Translations under genes and position numbers: made by a program | DNA from: Centroscyllium fabricii | Taxonomy: Eukaryota | Reading direction: 5' to 3' | Length of the DNA stretch: 64,000 bases | Assembly (NCBI GenBank): GCA_051313645.2 | Contig: JBNRSN020000007.1 | Coordinates: 253,084,001-253,148,000 of the forward strand | The notes under the pieces: model-generated | Seen by the model: the letters and a program-made list of their open reading frames with translations, nothing else | Databases searched by the model: none | Told to the model about the DNA's origin: nothing | Part shown: in pieces, positions 1 to 13,921 of the stretch | Position numbering within the stretch: the first letter of the stretch is position 1 | Layout of the letters: the number at the start of each line of letters is the position of its first letter

Positions 1-590
1 TGGGATGGGGGTATTGTCCTATGAGGCGCGATTGAGTAGACTAGACCTATATTCTCTATAGAGTTTAGAAGAATGAGAGGTGATCTCAGTGAAACGTATA
101 AAATTCTTACATGGCTTGGCAAGGTAGATGCTAAGAGGATGTTTCCCCTGGTTGGGGAGTCTAGAACTAGGGGTCACAGTCTCAGAATAAGGGATCAGCC
201 ATTTAGGACCGAGATGAGGAGAAATTTCTTCACTCAGGGTTGTGAACAATGTTCTCATTAAACTGCGCAGCCACACAGCGGTCTGGAGGTCCCATGCAGG
301 CCACTCACCGCTTTTATATGGGAGAAACCGTGCATGCGCGACAATTTGAATGGACCGCACAGCCAATTAAAAGGCCCACACGCAAACAAAAATGAGGGAA
401 CATTGGTTGGGAATCTTTGGAGTTCTCTTCCCCAGAGGGCTGTGGAGGCTCAGTCATTGCGTATATTCAAGGCAGAGGTCGATAGATTTTTTGATACTAA
501 GGGATATGGGGATAGTGCGGGAAGGTGGAGTTGAGGTAGGAGATCAGTCATGATCTTATTGGGCCTACTGCTGCCTCCTATGTCCTTCTC
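1..590 (+). mobile_element. CR1-clade LINE 3' fragment
   Basis: RMRGDLxETYKIL...RTRGHSLRIR...RRNFFTQ RT C-terminal motifs plus 3' UTR; split by a small MITE. Confidence 0.85.
247..405. mobile_element. hAT-type MITE, 159 bp
   Basis: TIRs CAATGTTCTCATT / AATGAGGGAACATTG; 8-bp TSD GTTGTGAA (239-246) / GTTGGGAA (406-413). Confidence 0.75.
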
Positions 591-1575
591 TGCTCTAAGG
601 TGAGCAACTCCGTTTCTCTCGTCTCTCCACGTAACTGAAGTCGCTCATCCCTGGTACCATTCTAGTAAGTTCCTCTGTGTCCCCTCTAAGACCTTGACAT
701 ACTTCCTAAAGCGTGGTGCCCAGAATTGGCTACAATACTCCTGCTGGGGCCTCACCGCTTTTATAAAGATTTTGTATAACTTCCTTGCTGTTGTGTTCTA
801 TGACTCTATTTATAAAACCAAGATTCCCAAATGCCTTTTTAACAGTCTTCTCAACTTGTCCTACCACCTTCGAAGACTTGTGTACATAAGGCCCGGGGCT
901 CGCGTTCCTGCACCCCTTTAAAATTGTACAATTTGGTTTATGCTTGCTCTGCTCATTTTCTTTCTACTAAAATGCATCACTTCTCTGTGTTAAATTTCAT
1001 CTGCCATGTGTCCTTCTCAAGTATTGTTACTATCCTCCTCGCAGTTACCATATTTGTGTTTTGTGTCATCTGCAAACTTCAAAATTTGTGCCCTGCCATT
1101 CAAGTCCAGGTCATTAATATATATCAAAAAAGCAGTGGTCCCAACACCGACCCCTGGGGCACACCACTGCACACTTCCCTCCAGTCTGAAAAACAACAGC
1201 TTAAGACTATTATGTGGTACTTTATCAAACAGCTTTTGAAAATCCATATGCATCAACTGCACGGCCCTCATCAGCCGTCCGTTACTTCATCAAAGAACTC
1301 AATCAAGTTAGTCAAACACAATTTTGCTTCAACAAATTCATGCTGGCTTCCATTTATAAACCCATATTTTTTCCAAGTGCCAATTAATTTTGTCCCTGAT
1401 GATTGCCTCTGAAAGTTACCCACCATTGCCGCCTGGCTGACTGGTCTGTAGTTGCCGGGTCATCACTCTCGCCTTTTTTGAACAGAGGTGTAACAGTTAC
1501 AACCCTACAGTCCTTTGGCACCACTCCCATATTGAAGGAGGATTGAAAGAGTTTGGCCAGAGCTTCCGCAATTTC
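590..1575 (-). mobile_element. CR1 LINE RT fragment
   Basis: Minus-strand peptides EIAEALAKLFQSS..VTPLFKKG, MDFQKLFDKVPH, FLIYINDLD..KFADDTK. Confidence 0.85.
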
Positions 1576-1659
1576 CATCCTGCTCCGCTCACGCTCCGTC
1601 TGGTCTCTGGCCTCCTCACTGGTGCCGTTTTTATCCTGCTCTGCCCCACTCCTCCTGGT

Positions 1660-2617
1660 GATTTGGATTTATATGTAGGAAGTATGATTAAGAAGTTTGC
1701 AGATGATGCAAAAATTGTCCGTGTGGTTGATAATGAAGAGGAAGAAAGCTGCCGACTGCAGGAAGATATCAATGGACTGGTCAGGTGGACAGAACAGTGG
1801 CAAATGGAATTCAGTCTGGAGAAGTGTGAGGCAGTGCATTTGGAGGGCAAACAAGGCAAAGGAATACACAATAAATGGTAGGACACTGAGAAGTGCAGAT
1901 GATCAGAGGGACCTTGGAGTGCATGTCCACAGATCCCTGAAGGCAGCAGGACGGGTAGATAAGATGGTTAAGAAGACATACGGGATACTTGCCTTTATTA
2001 GCCGAGGCATAGATTATAAGAGTAGGGAAGTTATGCTTGAACTGTGTAAAACAGTAGTTAGGCCGCAGCTAGAATACTGCGTGCAGTTCTGGTCACCACA
2101 TTACAGGAAGGATGTGATTGCACTAGAGAGGGTACAGAGGAGATTTACAAGGATGTTGCCTGGGCTGGGGAATTTTAGCTATGAGGAAAGATTGGAGAGG
2201 CTGGGGTTGTTTTATTTGGAACAGAGGAGGCTGAGGAGAGACCTAATTGAGGTGTATAAAATTGAGGGGCCGAGATAGAGTGGATAGGAAGGAACTATTT
2301 CCCTTCGCAGAAGGGTCGATAACCAGGGGGCATAGATTTAAAGTAATTGGTAGGAGGTTTAGAGGGGATTTGAGGAGAAATTTTTTCACCAAGGGTGGTG
2401 GGGATCTGGAACTCACTGCCTGAAAGGGTGGTAGAGGCAGAAACCCTCATCACATTTTTTTAAGTATTTGGATATGCACTTGAAGTGCCGTAACCTACAA
2501 GGCTCCGGACCAAGAGCTGGGAAGTGGGATTAGGGTGGATAGGCCTTTGTCGGCCAGCACGGATAAGATGGGCCGAATGGCCTCCTTCTGTGCTGTAAAT
2601 TTCTATGATTCTATGAT
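1660..2617 (+). mobile_element. CR1 LINE 3' half with tail
   Basis: [44 protein letters not shown]; ends in TTCTATGATTCTATGA tail. Confidence 0.9.
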
Positions 2618-2669
2618 GATTCCTTCCTCATTGGGCTGGAAGCGTACTGATCACGAAAGTTCTCTTGTA

Positions 2670-3147
2670 CAGGTTGAGCACCGTTATGGCACGGGCGGGA
2701 ATAGGCCCGTGCTGGTAGAGCGAAAAAACCGGTCGAATGAAGTCGGTCAGCGCACACCATTCAAAATGGCCGCGCGCATGTGCACAGCATTGGAAATGGC
2801 CGCCGAACGTCCTTGCTGAGTCTCAGCTGCGGTTTGTGCCTCCTGATGACGGTCTGCAGGCTGCTCTGGGGAACCGCGCGCTTCACCATGGTGGGCGCTC
2901 GGGACCCGCACATTCAAAACACGGCGCGAGCCACCGTGCCCTGACATCACGGAAGGCCCGGCTCGTCCGGCGGCCGTTTTCAATGATCTGCGCATGCGCT
3001 CGCCGTTTGTCGGCGCATGCGCAGATCATTCGCCGAAGCAGCGATCGCGGTGGCCATTTTGCGCATGCACAGGGCAGTCAGGGCGATTTATACCGGACGA
3101 CTGAAGTTGCCGGCGTTTCGGGTAACGGATTAACGGTGCTCAACCTG
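2670..3147. mobile_element. Tc1/mariner (Tigger/pogo-like) MITE, copy 1
   Basis: TIR CAGGTTGAGCACCGTTA / TAACGGTGCTCAACCTG, TA on both sides; CpG-rich interior. Confidence 0.85.
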
Positions 3148-3329
3148 TACTCCTTTCAGGAATACTGCCCCCTCTTTGCCCTTTACACTGTTATTTTCTC
3201 AGTCTGTATTAGGATAAGTCTACATTTAGCAGTGTAATAGCTCCTCTATTGTACCTTAATTCTAACCAAATAGATTCTGTCTTTGAACCCTCAAGTACAT
3301 CATCACTCATTAATGCTGGAGCAATAACT

Positions 3330-4160
3330 GCCCTCAACTCAAACCTCCCTTTTAACTCTTAAACCTTGCGTGTCACCCCTCAAATCCATGCCCATCATTC
3401 TTGCAACTCCTTGTTTGAACTCCTCCAGTCATGTTTCCATCTATCTCCTCACTGAAATGGTCTAAACCAAAGTCAAAAATGATGACCTCTGACTGACCTT
3501 GGTGGGGTCTCCCTCCATGTCCACCACAACTACTCTGCAGCCTTTGACGCAGTCGACCACACCATCCTTCTCCGGCACCTCTCCTCCACTTGCCCGACTG
3601 AATGGGTCAGCACTCGGCTTCGTTCCACTCTTGCCTATCCAGACATAGCCAGAGAATCTCCAGCAATATCATTTCCTGTCGTCACACCATTCCCTCTGGA
3701 GTCTCCCAAGGATCTATCCTTGGGGGGGCCCCCTCTTTGTTCAAATTCAGCATCATTTCCTGTTCACGCATCAGCCCTGTACTTGTTGACCTACATTGGC
3801 TCCTGGTCCACAAACACCTCAAATTTTAAATTATTTTGCTCCTTTTCAACACCTTTCTCACTCCTCCCAACTCTGTAACCTTCTCCAGCCCTGCAACTGT
3901 CTGAAAACTCTCACCTTCCTGCACCTCTGGCCTCTTGGCATCTCCCAATCCCTTTGCCTCACCATTGGCAGCTGTGCCTTCAACCACCTAGGACCGAAAC
4001 TCTGGAATTCCCTCCTGAAACCTCTCAACCTCCCCACCCCTCTCCTTTTTAAGACCCTCCTTAAAACCTGCCACTTTGACCAAGCTTTTAGTCACGGTCT
4101 CGTGTCAATTTTTATCTGATTTATCACCGTGGGACATTTTTCTGTTTAAGGTGCTGTTTA
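3330..4160 (+). mobile_element. L2-like LINE fragment
   Basis: Degenerate AAFDxVDH and SGVSQGSILG RT motifs, LHWL, KLWNSL, LKTxxFDQAF 3' end. Confidence 0.75.
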
Positions 4161-5190
4161 TTCTTCCTATGATCTTTTCAAAATTTGCTTATAAATTTGC
4201 TTGTAAATTGCTAATTAACCTACAACAAATGTTAGCTTACAGACACCTAAACACTTTTAGATCAAAAGAATTTGTTTTATCCAGCAGAGTTTGAATCTGA
4301 TTCTGAAAATTGCAGTTCCAACATTAATCCAAACTATATCTTGATTTACCCTTGTTTAGACCTATATCCTGGATTGCAAAGAATGTGTATTTTGGTACTT
4401 GACATCATAAGAGTTTAGTTTAGTGTACTAATTATCAACAAAGCCACTGGTTTCAGTTTCTTGAGAAAATTGATGGAATCTAGTAAGGAAATCCCAAAAC
4501 ACGATGAGTCTCATAATAAAAATGAAATTTCACTTATTCAGTCGCCATATACCAGTGTTCCTAATCAATGATATTTATATTTTAAGCACATGCTTTTCTT
4601 CTGAAATCTTTGGGGCATGGCTGATTTTAATTGGCTTGTGGGCTGCTCGTTAACTTGTATTCAAGGCCTGAAGGAAAACCCCTGGTAGTTTAGTAAGAAA
4701 ACAGTGGGTTTTAAATGATTCGACTATTTCTCATCAGGCTGTATTGTCAAGGAGAGACATTTGAGGTGTTTTGGGAATCATCTTTGGAGTTTGTTTTTAC
4801 ATTTCTGTATACATTTCATGCAGGATGGGATAAATGCATTTCAATAATTATGAAAGGATCAGTCCAATTTTTAAGAACTGTAGCTTACTGACATGACAGA
4901 GTGGCAGCCTGATAGAGGATTGATGCATTTATCCAGAGAATGGTAGTTGGTTACACAAATTCTGTTTATTTTCATTCTGAGACACCTGGAGCTGGCTGTT
5001 GGATTGTTGGATGTCAGGGAGCAGATCTGCAGTCCATTTTTTCTCCAGGAAAGGTGCCTGGCGCTGGTTGATTTCATGAAAGGAAAAGGGTTGAAATCAA
5101 ATGGAAGCAAATTTTACTAGGAGCCAAGTTTTTAATATCCCATTGCCAGGTTGTGTTTTTGCAGGGATTTTTTTAAATCAATTGTAATAA

Positions 5191-5406
<216 letters not shown>

Positions 5407-5654
5407 TAATACATGACTGTTTGTTTGTTTATTTTAATACACTTCTGTCAAAAGGAAGATGATGCAAGTTGTGATGGGTGAAAAGAGAAGGGCGAGAGAG
5501 ATCGGAAAAAAGTACTTGGCCATCCTTCATTCTAGATGCTAGCTAGTCTGGGGCAGTTTGCAGTGCTTCTGACCATTGTATTGATTGTGAGTGAATGCAG
5601 TATGTTAAGACTCGCTTGCTGCTCTTGGTATAACCAGTTCTTGAATTTTATCTG

Positions 5655-5825
5655 TGGAGAGAGAAACCGAGTTAACATTTCAGGTTGCTGCACTTTCATC
5701 AGGTCATCCACCTGAAGCATTGACTCTGTTTCTCTCTCTCTCCCTCTCTCCCCCTGAGCGTCTGCTGCCTGACCTGCTGAGTGTTTCCAGCATTTTCTGT
5801 TTTCTGTAGTATTTTGCTTTTGTCT
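5655..5825. mobile_element. Decayed Penelope-like terminal remnant (family B)
   Basis: Contains GCTGCCTGACCTGCTGAGTGTTTCCAGCATTTTCTG, shared with the 49270-50079 element, plus a minus-strand CTGATGA...GAAA core at 5670-5705. Confidence 0.55.
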
Positions 5826-5935
5826 TGAATTTTATCTGCAGGCACGAGTTTTTGTTTGTGATCACAATTCCGATTTACTCACTCCAGCCATGTTTATTAA
5901 TGGCATTTGTTGATGAGAATTAGCTTAGGAGTGTA

Positions 5936-6314
5936 CAGGTCCGACACCGTTGATCTGGAACCGGCGGGACCAGGCCAGTGCCGGAATAGTGAAAAATCCA
6001 AACGATTGAAGCTTCGGCGAGCGCATGCGCAGACCATTCAAAATGGCTGCCAGGTGGCCATTTTAAATAGTATGCACACGCTGAAGCATCAATCGTTTGG
6101 GGAGAAGTCCGGGCATGCGCAACCAAGCGTGGCGGCCATTTTGTGCATGCATGGCGGCCATTTTGTGCATGCGCAGAGCAGTCTGGGAGAGGCCCGGGCA
6201 CGCGCAGCCAAGCACGGCGTCGATTTTGCGCATACGCAGACCAGTCGGCCGGATTCGTGCCGGACGACTGTAGTTTCCGGATTACCGGTGTCTTGATTAA
6301 CGGCACCGGACCTG
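5936..6314. mobile_element. Tigger-like MITE, copy 2 (diverged subfamily)
   Basis: CAGGTCCGACACCGTT / AACGGCACCGGACCTG termini with TA flanks; interior homologous to copy 1. Confidence 0.8.
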
Positions 6315-7529
6315 TATTAGCTTTGACTCTTTATAAAAGAATAGTCTACTAATAATTCAGTAATTTTTTTCTCTTGTATTGAATCATCCAATAATTTGAA
6401 CTAAAGCAACGTAACTAAAACCAAGTCGGGAATTTAGGGCGACAAAAATTTTAAATCATCAATTAATTTGTATTGAGCACATTAGGGACTTGATATTTCT
6501 GTGGAAAAGTGCATCCTTGTATTTAACTGAAAACATACTTCAAAATTCACACGGCAATGGTTGACCTCTTGCTAGTGTTTTGGGGTTAGATGCTAAAATG
6601 TTCTACATTGTCACCTAGTTTTGATTTCCAGCACTCCCTGTATAGGTGACTCTGTGTAGAGAGGTTCAGTATAATAGATGTGTAACATTGCTCATCGTTA
6701 CTGAGATTTAGCTGACATGTTTAGAACAGTGTTTCTCCATAAGTGTTTAAGTTCTCAAGTCGTTATTGATGTCCTTTGACCAACATTAATGCTAAATCTG
6801 AGTCTTGTCTGCAGTATACCTTTAGTAGATTGAAATTATTGATTGGACAATCTGAAATATTTGTTCTGGGCATTGCTGAAAGAGTTGTGGCATTGCATTT
6901 TGCAGATGATGTGTTGTCGGCAGAATCACTTGCATATCTAGTAGATTCTATTCGCTATGCAGTATTACGGCTTTGCATGGCTTAAGATCTTGAATATATT
7001 GATTCGAATATACAAGGGGCATCTGTTCCAATTTTTCATTTATATCGTTCCCTGGACGATACCAACTTCACCCCAGAAACTATCCTTCGGATTGCACTGA
7101 GAAGCGAAGGGCACTTTGGGCTGTCTTGTTTTTTGTTGATCGCCACAACATCTCAATGCAAGTTAAACTTGTATAAGATGTGTCTGAACAGTTCTTTCAT
7201 GGATCAGTACATCAAGGCACCCAATAGGAGAGTTTTTTTCTGGTCTATGTTGATTTTTGTGGAAAAGAGGAAACTTGCAGGGAGGAAAGAATCCAGCATA
7301 TTTGTCATTATTTGATGGGCACACTACTATGTCGCAAGCCCTCTTATAAGGACTCTGATTAGCAGTTAGTAATGAGCAAGCCTGGTACATGGCTCTGGAC
7401 TTGAGGTGTTGGTGTGGTTGCAAGCTGCCTTTTGTAAGTACTTTCATATGGAGGCAGATGTCCATCATATAGCTGATGTGGAAACTCTGAAGCCTGTGGT
7501 GACAACTTCTGGAAAGTATGAAGAACAAA

Positions 7530-8545
7530 TTTAGGCTGTTCAGCCCCTCGAATTTCTTCCACCATTCAGTGCGATCATGGCTGATCTGTGTCCTAACTCC
7601 ATCCACCCACCTTGGCTCCATATCCCTTAATACCCGTGGCTAGCAAAGATCTATCGCTCTCGGATTTAAAATTATTAATTGAGCTAGCATCTACTACGTT
7701 TTGTGGGACTGAGTTCCAAGCTTCTTCCACCCTTTTGTGTGAAGAAATGTTTCCTAACTTCTTCTCTGAATGGCCTGGCTCTGCTTTGAAGGTTATGTCC
7801 CCTTGTCCTAGACACCCCCACCAGCGGGAAATGTTTCTCTTGATCTAACCAGATCAATTTCTTTCAAAGGCCTAAAATCCGCAACCAAATCACCCCTTAA
7901 CCTTCCAAATACAACCCTCGATTGTGATCTTTCCTCATAATCTAACCCTTGAAACATTCTGGTGAATCTGCGTTTCCCTCCTTCCAAGGTGCGGTGCCCA
8001 GAACTGTACACAGAACTCCGATGTGGTCTAACCAGGTCTTTGTATAGCTTTAGAATAATTTCTCCCCTTTATATTCCAGCCCTCTAGATATAAAGGCTAA
8101 CACTCCATGAGCCTTTTCGATTAGTTTTTTATACTTGACTACTACATTTTAGTGATATGTGTACACAGACCCTGAAATCTCTTTGGACCTCCACTGTTCT
8201 TAGCTTTTCACTATTTAAAAAAAATAATCATTTGATCTATCCTGTTTTGATCCAAAATGGATGAGCTCACTCTTGCCTGCGTTGAAATTCATCTGCCACA
8301 GTTTTGCCCACTCGCTTAATCTATCAATGTCTCTTTGTAATTTTACTCTCCCACTTACACTACTTACTGCCACCAATCTTTTGTGTCATCGGCAAACTTG
8401 GATATATGGCTCTCTGTTGTGTTATCCAAGTCATCAACAAATATAGTGAAGAGTTGCAGCTACAGCACAAACGCTGTGGGACAATACTAGTCACTTCCTT
8501 CCAATTCAAATACATACCCATTATCCCTACTGTCTGCCTTCTACC
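7530..8545 (-). mobile_element. CR1 LINE 3' fragment
   Basis: Minus-strand KRRFTRM..GLDYEER..RLRGDL; 3' UTR similar to the copy at 55733-56505. Confidence 0.8.
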
Positions 8546-8842
8546 GTGTAATACTTGGAGGCTGTGTATGAGAGCATATACTTGCATATCCAGGGCTCGC
8601 TCCCTTTCAGTCTTTAGTTGAAAAAAGAAGCAGTCACAATTTGATGGGGTGTGTCCATTCTGTGGTCAGAACAATGCAGTCAAAATGTTGTTGCTCCTGC
8701 TCACCTTGATTTTTTTTTTTGAGGGGCATCTGGTACCTGCTGTCTGTCCAGTGAGGGATAAAACCTGCACTTGTTAGTTGTCTAATAACAAGCAAGTGAC
8801 TTGGGGAGAGGGCGAGATGTCAGGTCTCTCTGCGGTCATGAT

Positions 8843-9243
8843 GGTGGCACGGTGGCATAGTGGTTAGCACTGTTGTCTCACAGCACTGGAGACCCGGGTT
8901 CAAATCCAGCCTCGGGTACTATCTGTGTGGAGTTTGCACATTCTCCCCGTGTCTGCGTGGGTTTCCTCCCGGTGCTCCGGTTTCCTCCTACAGTCCAAAG
9001 ATGTGCAGGTTAGGTTGATTGGCCATGATAAATTGACCCTTAGTGTTAGGGGGATTGAATATGTGGGGTTACAGGTTTAGGGTGGGATATGTGTCGATGC
9101 AGGCTCGATAGGGATGTGGGGAGAGGGCAGGGGCCGGGGTACTGGGTTTGGATGATCAGCCATGATCTCACTGAATGGCGGAGCAGGCTCGAAGGGCCGA
9201 ATGGCCTACTCCTGCTCCTAGTTTCTATGTTTCTGTGTTTCTA
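8843..9243 (+). mobile_element. tRNA-derived V-SINE (HE1-like), full length
   Basis: A box TGGCATAGTGG (8853), B box GGTTCAAATCC (8897), V-domain TGTGTGGAGTTTGCACATTCTCCCCGTGTCTGCGTGGGTTTCC, CR1-type tail. Confidence 0.9.
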
Positions 9244-12200
9244 TTGGAAGTTTGGAAATATGCTAACACTCTGTGGCAGACTGATTAATCTGGTTCTGTA
9301 CTCTGGATGCTGCCTGACCCGGCTGAGTGTTTCCAGCATTTTCTGTTGTTTCAGATTTCCAGCATCTGCAGTATTTTTGCTATTGATTTAATCTGGTACC
9401 TGAGCATCCTGTGGGGGCGTTTGATCAGATTCTCTGAAACACATGATTCTTGCCGCAAGGGAAATGAAAATGTTTTCTGCTGGGCAGCTGGCCAGGGTTG
9501 AATGGCGGAGGGTTGGGGACAGGTAGGTAATCGTTCTAGACTGTGTTTAATCATTTTTAGGGACAGTTGCACAGGAATCCATACTGCTCTGATCTAGCGC
9601 CAGACCCGTGCTATTGCCAGATTGGCTGTGGCTGGGAAGACCTTTTCTCTTATTTGAGTCTTCCTGGCCGTTGATTTCGCAAACTGGACAAGTTTTACTT
9701 GGGATTGCTGCTTGATTGTTGCAAGAGATCTGCCCATTGGGAGGTGACTTAACCTAATATAAAAACAGATTCTGATGATGAGATAGATTTGGTATATGAT
9801 CTGCCTACCGATTTTGAAGGTCTGAATGGCCTTTGTTCATTCTGACTTTATGATCTTGTACATAAAATAAATTATCTTGCTGTCTGCTGGATCCTGCACA
9901 GACTGGTGCATCATGAGGTATTTAACAATGTAAATATTTTTCTTTAACGGAGAAAATTTTTCAATAGTAATCCAAGTAAAACGAGAAATGTGCAGGTCTC
10001 TGGGGAAAGGGCAGAGGAGTGTCACTAATTGGAGAGCTCTTTGAACGAGCCGGCGCAGGCACAATGGGCCACACGGCCTCCTTCTGTGCTCTCATTCTAA
10101 TACCTCAAGCTGTAGAGTTCACAGTCCATTTGTATTTAGTGAGATTGAACAAATGAGTTACATTTGTGCGTCGAGGTACCCGAATAAAAGTTAACGTGCC
10201 CAGTCTGTGTAACCTAGCCCAGTTTTAATGTCAGGCACACGTTTTAGTGGCATTTTCTGAATTTGAAAGGCCGCGGTCATTCCAGTTTAACAACATTTTT
10301 GCCATTTAAGTATTTAGATTTACTTTTGAGGAGACAGAGGGAGAAAGCCTTGCAGGACTAGTGCAGAATTGGGGTTATGATGAGATCTTCAGTTTCATCT
10401 TTTTGTGAATGTTAGACAGATGGTGTGAAGTGGGAGCACGTTATAAAAGACGTGAGCTGTTTTAGATGTGAAAGACTGAGTGTTCTTCAGAGACCTTTGA
10501 TTGATAAGATATGTTAATATTATACGTTGGTCTTTTAATTGGCTGCCTACTATGTAAAATTGTCTCGCCGGTTAATTTTCGTAGGATTCAGGTTTTTGCT
10601 TCTGAAATGTATTCTGTTTGGTGATCTGCTTTTTGTGGTTTTTGCTCTTGAGCAGAATGTAAATTTAATCCGGTTCAGCTGTACATGTTGATGCTCTGTG
10701 AAGTGGTGAAGCCAGACTCCTGCCTTTGATATTCCTGAGTAGATGAATTGCCAATCTTGGCCGCACCATGTGAGGCCAGGTTTCTCCATGTAGAAAAAAA
10801 GCAAGTAACATGGGAGGGAAATCACTGCGGGCTGCTTTGTGTCTACCCTTCGGAGTTGGCTGGAACTGCTTATGCAAGGGTTTGGAAACGGGTTATCTAC
10901 ACTTTGCCAGAGAATGAAGGCTGCCTTGCTGCAGAGCACATCAAAAAGGGGGGAGTTTTGATAAGTGAAGCCAAAAAAAACCAATTCTTAGTCTAGTTCT
11001 TGCTTATAAAGTTATATATTGAATAGGACAACTTTATGTAATTACAAAATCGGCCATTGCTCTTGGTTTTAAAATGATTAACTTAAGCATTCAATTTTTC
11101 TGCTGCTAGAGCATTTTATTTTCATCTTATCGACAAGACTATGCTAGAAATGAAATGGGGCAGGTAAGAATAAACTTGAAGCGCCTACTTAATGTTGGTT
11201 GAGTGTATTTAAAAGCTAAACTCCTGAACTTGAAGAAAATCCCTTTTAATATAGAATTTGTGATGTTTCATTTGTTTAATATTTGTTGGTTTTGATGTGG
11301 ATTAGATTGAGTAACGGTGGAAGCTGGTTGCAGTTGTTCTGTGTGTAAGAATCGGGAGTAAAATGGTCGATGGGTAAGGTGATGTGTGATACTCGGACCA
11401 GTGGGTGGCGCTGTGATCTGTGGCGAAATGAAAGCTTCGGATTCATGAATTGTATTAATGGTGAAATCTAAAGTGAATGGGGATTTTATTCCTCCCTTCT
11501 CCACAAGGGGTTTCTGTTCTCCTAGTTATTTGAATAAATGCTCTCTCCTTTCTTGGAGAGCAATTATTTGCTTTCACATTTCCTTGATACAGTAGTAGTT
11601 GAATGTGCTTTATAAATCTGCACTATTGTGTATTTACAATACCAAGATATTCCTCATAATGAATGCCCAGTTATTAGTTTAGATTTGTAAGCATGACACA
11701 TGAACATGAGGGGGATGTAGCTAGGCTGCAGCCTTCAAATGAAATTGTAACAAAAAACTGCATATGGAAAGGAATGGACAATGGTGGAGAGCTTTGTACA
11801 GTACTTCTCAGTTTACTTGAGCAGATGTTTTCCCTATCTGATGCAGATGCTTCAGTGGTATAAGATTAACTATTTATTTCGCTGGTCAAACAGTCCTGTA
11901 ATCTGTTGTTTTCATACACTGTAACTTAAAAACTCTAAATTAATGTTAATTATCCAAATGTGTACAGTATAAAGTCAATACTACCTTTATTTCCCTTTTG
12001 ACCAAACTTGAGTTTCAGTACAGCTGTAGTAACTACTGTAAGGATAGTATAACGTTTTGTTAAGCTTGTCTCTACATTGATATTAAATTACACAGTTTTA
12101 TAAGCTCCACTCCTACACTTACACGTTTAAAATTGTAATCTATTCACGTATAGTGCCGACTGTACATTTAGTGCTCCACCCCACATTTCAACATGCTTTC

Positions 12201-12454
12201 ACAACTGACCCTATCCAAGCCTGATGTCTGCATGCACATCCAGTGGAGGGTAGGTGGATAGCTATCAGGAGTGAGAATCTGTCTCTCTTTTCCCCCCCCC
12301 CCCACCCGCTTCAAAACTGCTGAGGATAGTTGAAGTGCCCTGTCACCAGCCTCGCTAAGTTCGGTTAACTCTGCACAAACAAGGCATCAAACCTGGAACT
12401 TTGGTAGTCATTTAAGGCTCAACAACTAACTGGCTAAATTTTCTGTGCCACTAT

Positions 12455-13285
12455 AGAGTCATAGAGTAATACAGCATGGAAAGATGCCCTTCGGCCCATC
12501 GTGTCCACGCCGGCCATCAAACCCTTTTCTGTTCTAATCCCATCTTCCAGCACTTGGTCCGTAGCCTTGTATGTTATGGCATCTCAAGTGCTCGTCCAAA
12601 TGCCTCTTAAATGTTGAAGGTTCCTGCCTCCACCACCCTTCCAGGCAGTGAGTTCCAGACTCCAACCACCCTCTGGGTGAAAAGGTTCCTCCTCAAATCC
12701 CCCCTAAACCTCCCGCCCCTTACCTTGAAACTATGCCCCCTGGTTATTGACCCCTCTACTAGGGGAAAAAGTTCCTTTCTATCTACCCTATCTATGCCCC
12801 TCATAATTTTGTACACCTCAATCAGGTACCCCCTCAGCCTTCTCTGCTCCAAGGAAACCAAACCCAGCCTGTCCAGTCTTTCTTCATAGCTGAAGCGCTC
12901 CAGCTCAGGTAGCATCCTGGTGAATCTCTTCTAGCAATCACATCCTTCCTATAGTGTGGTGACCAGAACTGCACACAGTATTCCAGCTGTGGCCTTACTA
13001 GCGCTTTGTACAGCTCCAGCGTAACCTCCCTGCTCTTATAGTCTATGCCTCGGCTAATGAAGGCAAGTATCCCATATGCCTTTTTAACCACCTTATCCAC
13101 CTGTCCTGCTGCCTTCAGGGATCTATGTACATGCACACCAAGGTCCCTCTTATCCTCTGTCTTTTTTAGGGTCTTACCATTCATTGTGTATTCCCTTACC
13201 TTGATAGTCCTCCCAAAATGCATCACCTCACACTTTTCATGATGAAATTCCATCTGCCCATCTGACCAACCCATCTATATCGCCC
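12455..13285 (-). mobile_element. CR1 LINE 3' fragment
   Basis: ORFs 12834..13274 and 12607..12915 encode frameshifted CR1 RT C-terminus. Confidence 0.9.
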
Positions 13286-13824
13286 TGCAGATGATTAACT
13301 CTGAATGATCAACAAGATTGTAACGTGTGTTTCGAGTCTTCATTAACCTAACTAGCAGCGGTGGGAGGTTCCCTGTATACTTGTTCTGTTTGCTTTGGGG
13401 GAAGGAACTAAAAATTGTGATTTGAAAGTTCAAAGCTATATCTGAATTTTATGCCCACCTTTGTGGAGGGGAGTAAGAAATCTCCTTGCACCAACAAAAT
13501 TGCACTCACTGACATTGGTTGTATTTGACCCAAAACTTGCACTGGTGCTGATGGTATTTAAATTGATGGCGGCCATTCCAACCTTTGACACAGATTTATC
13601 ACTAATAAAACAAACTTTATGCTGTTGGGTTATCTGATCGTGCTCTATTAATATGTTCCAGGCTAATAAGCATACTATCTGAAGAAGGTCTTTGTAGATT
13701 TGAAAGCCTTTGTTTATCAGTGTTGGGTTTTTAGTACTTGGGTGATGAGAAATCTCAGTTTCTGTATTGATTTTTTTTTTAAATTAGTGTGAAAAAGTGG
13801 AATTGTTTCCTTTTATTCTTCTAG

Positions 13825-13921
13825 GTGGGTACTGATGGTATTATGCGGCTCAGCAGTTCCGCCCTAAATAACGAGTTCTTCACCTCTGCCGCTCAGGGAT
13901 GGAAGGAGCGATTAGCAGAAG
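13825..13921 (+). CDS. ASXL1: ASXL1 internal coding exon (DEUBAD)
   Basis: Not in the ORF track. ttattcttctag acceptor, encodes [32 protein letters not shown](G), donor GTATG; 97 nt, in frame with the neighbouring exons. Confidence 0.95.

Noticed and set aside
1543-2278. ORFs with reverse-transcriptase motifs (also 12607-13274, 16948-18675, 23670, 32313)
   Set aside because: Frameshifted, 5'-truncated CR1 fragments, not host genes or intact elements.
2737-3237. GC-rich ORFs of 100-166 aa (also 5907, 5920, 17875, 17917)
   Set aside because: They lie within MITE copies, frames are not preserved between copies, and no transposase motifs are visible.
8843-8920. tRNA-like A and B boxes
   Set aside because: Heads of V-SINEs that continue into the V-domain and LINE tail; not tRNA genes.
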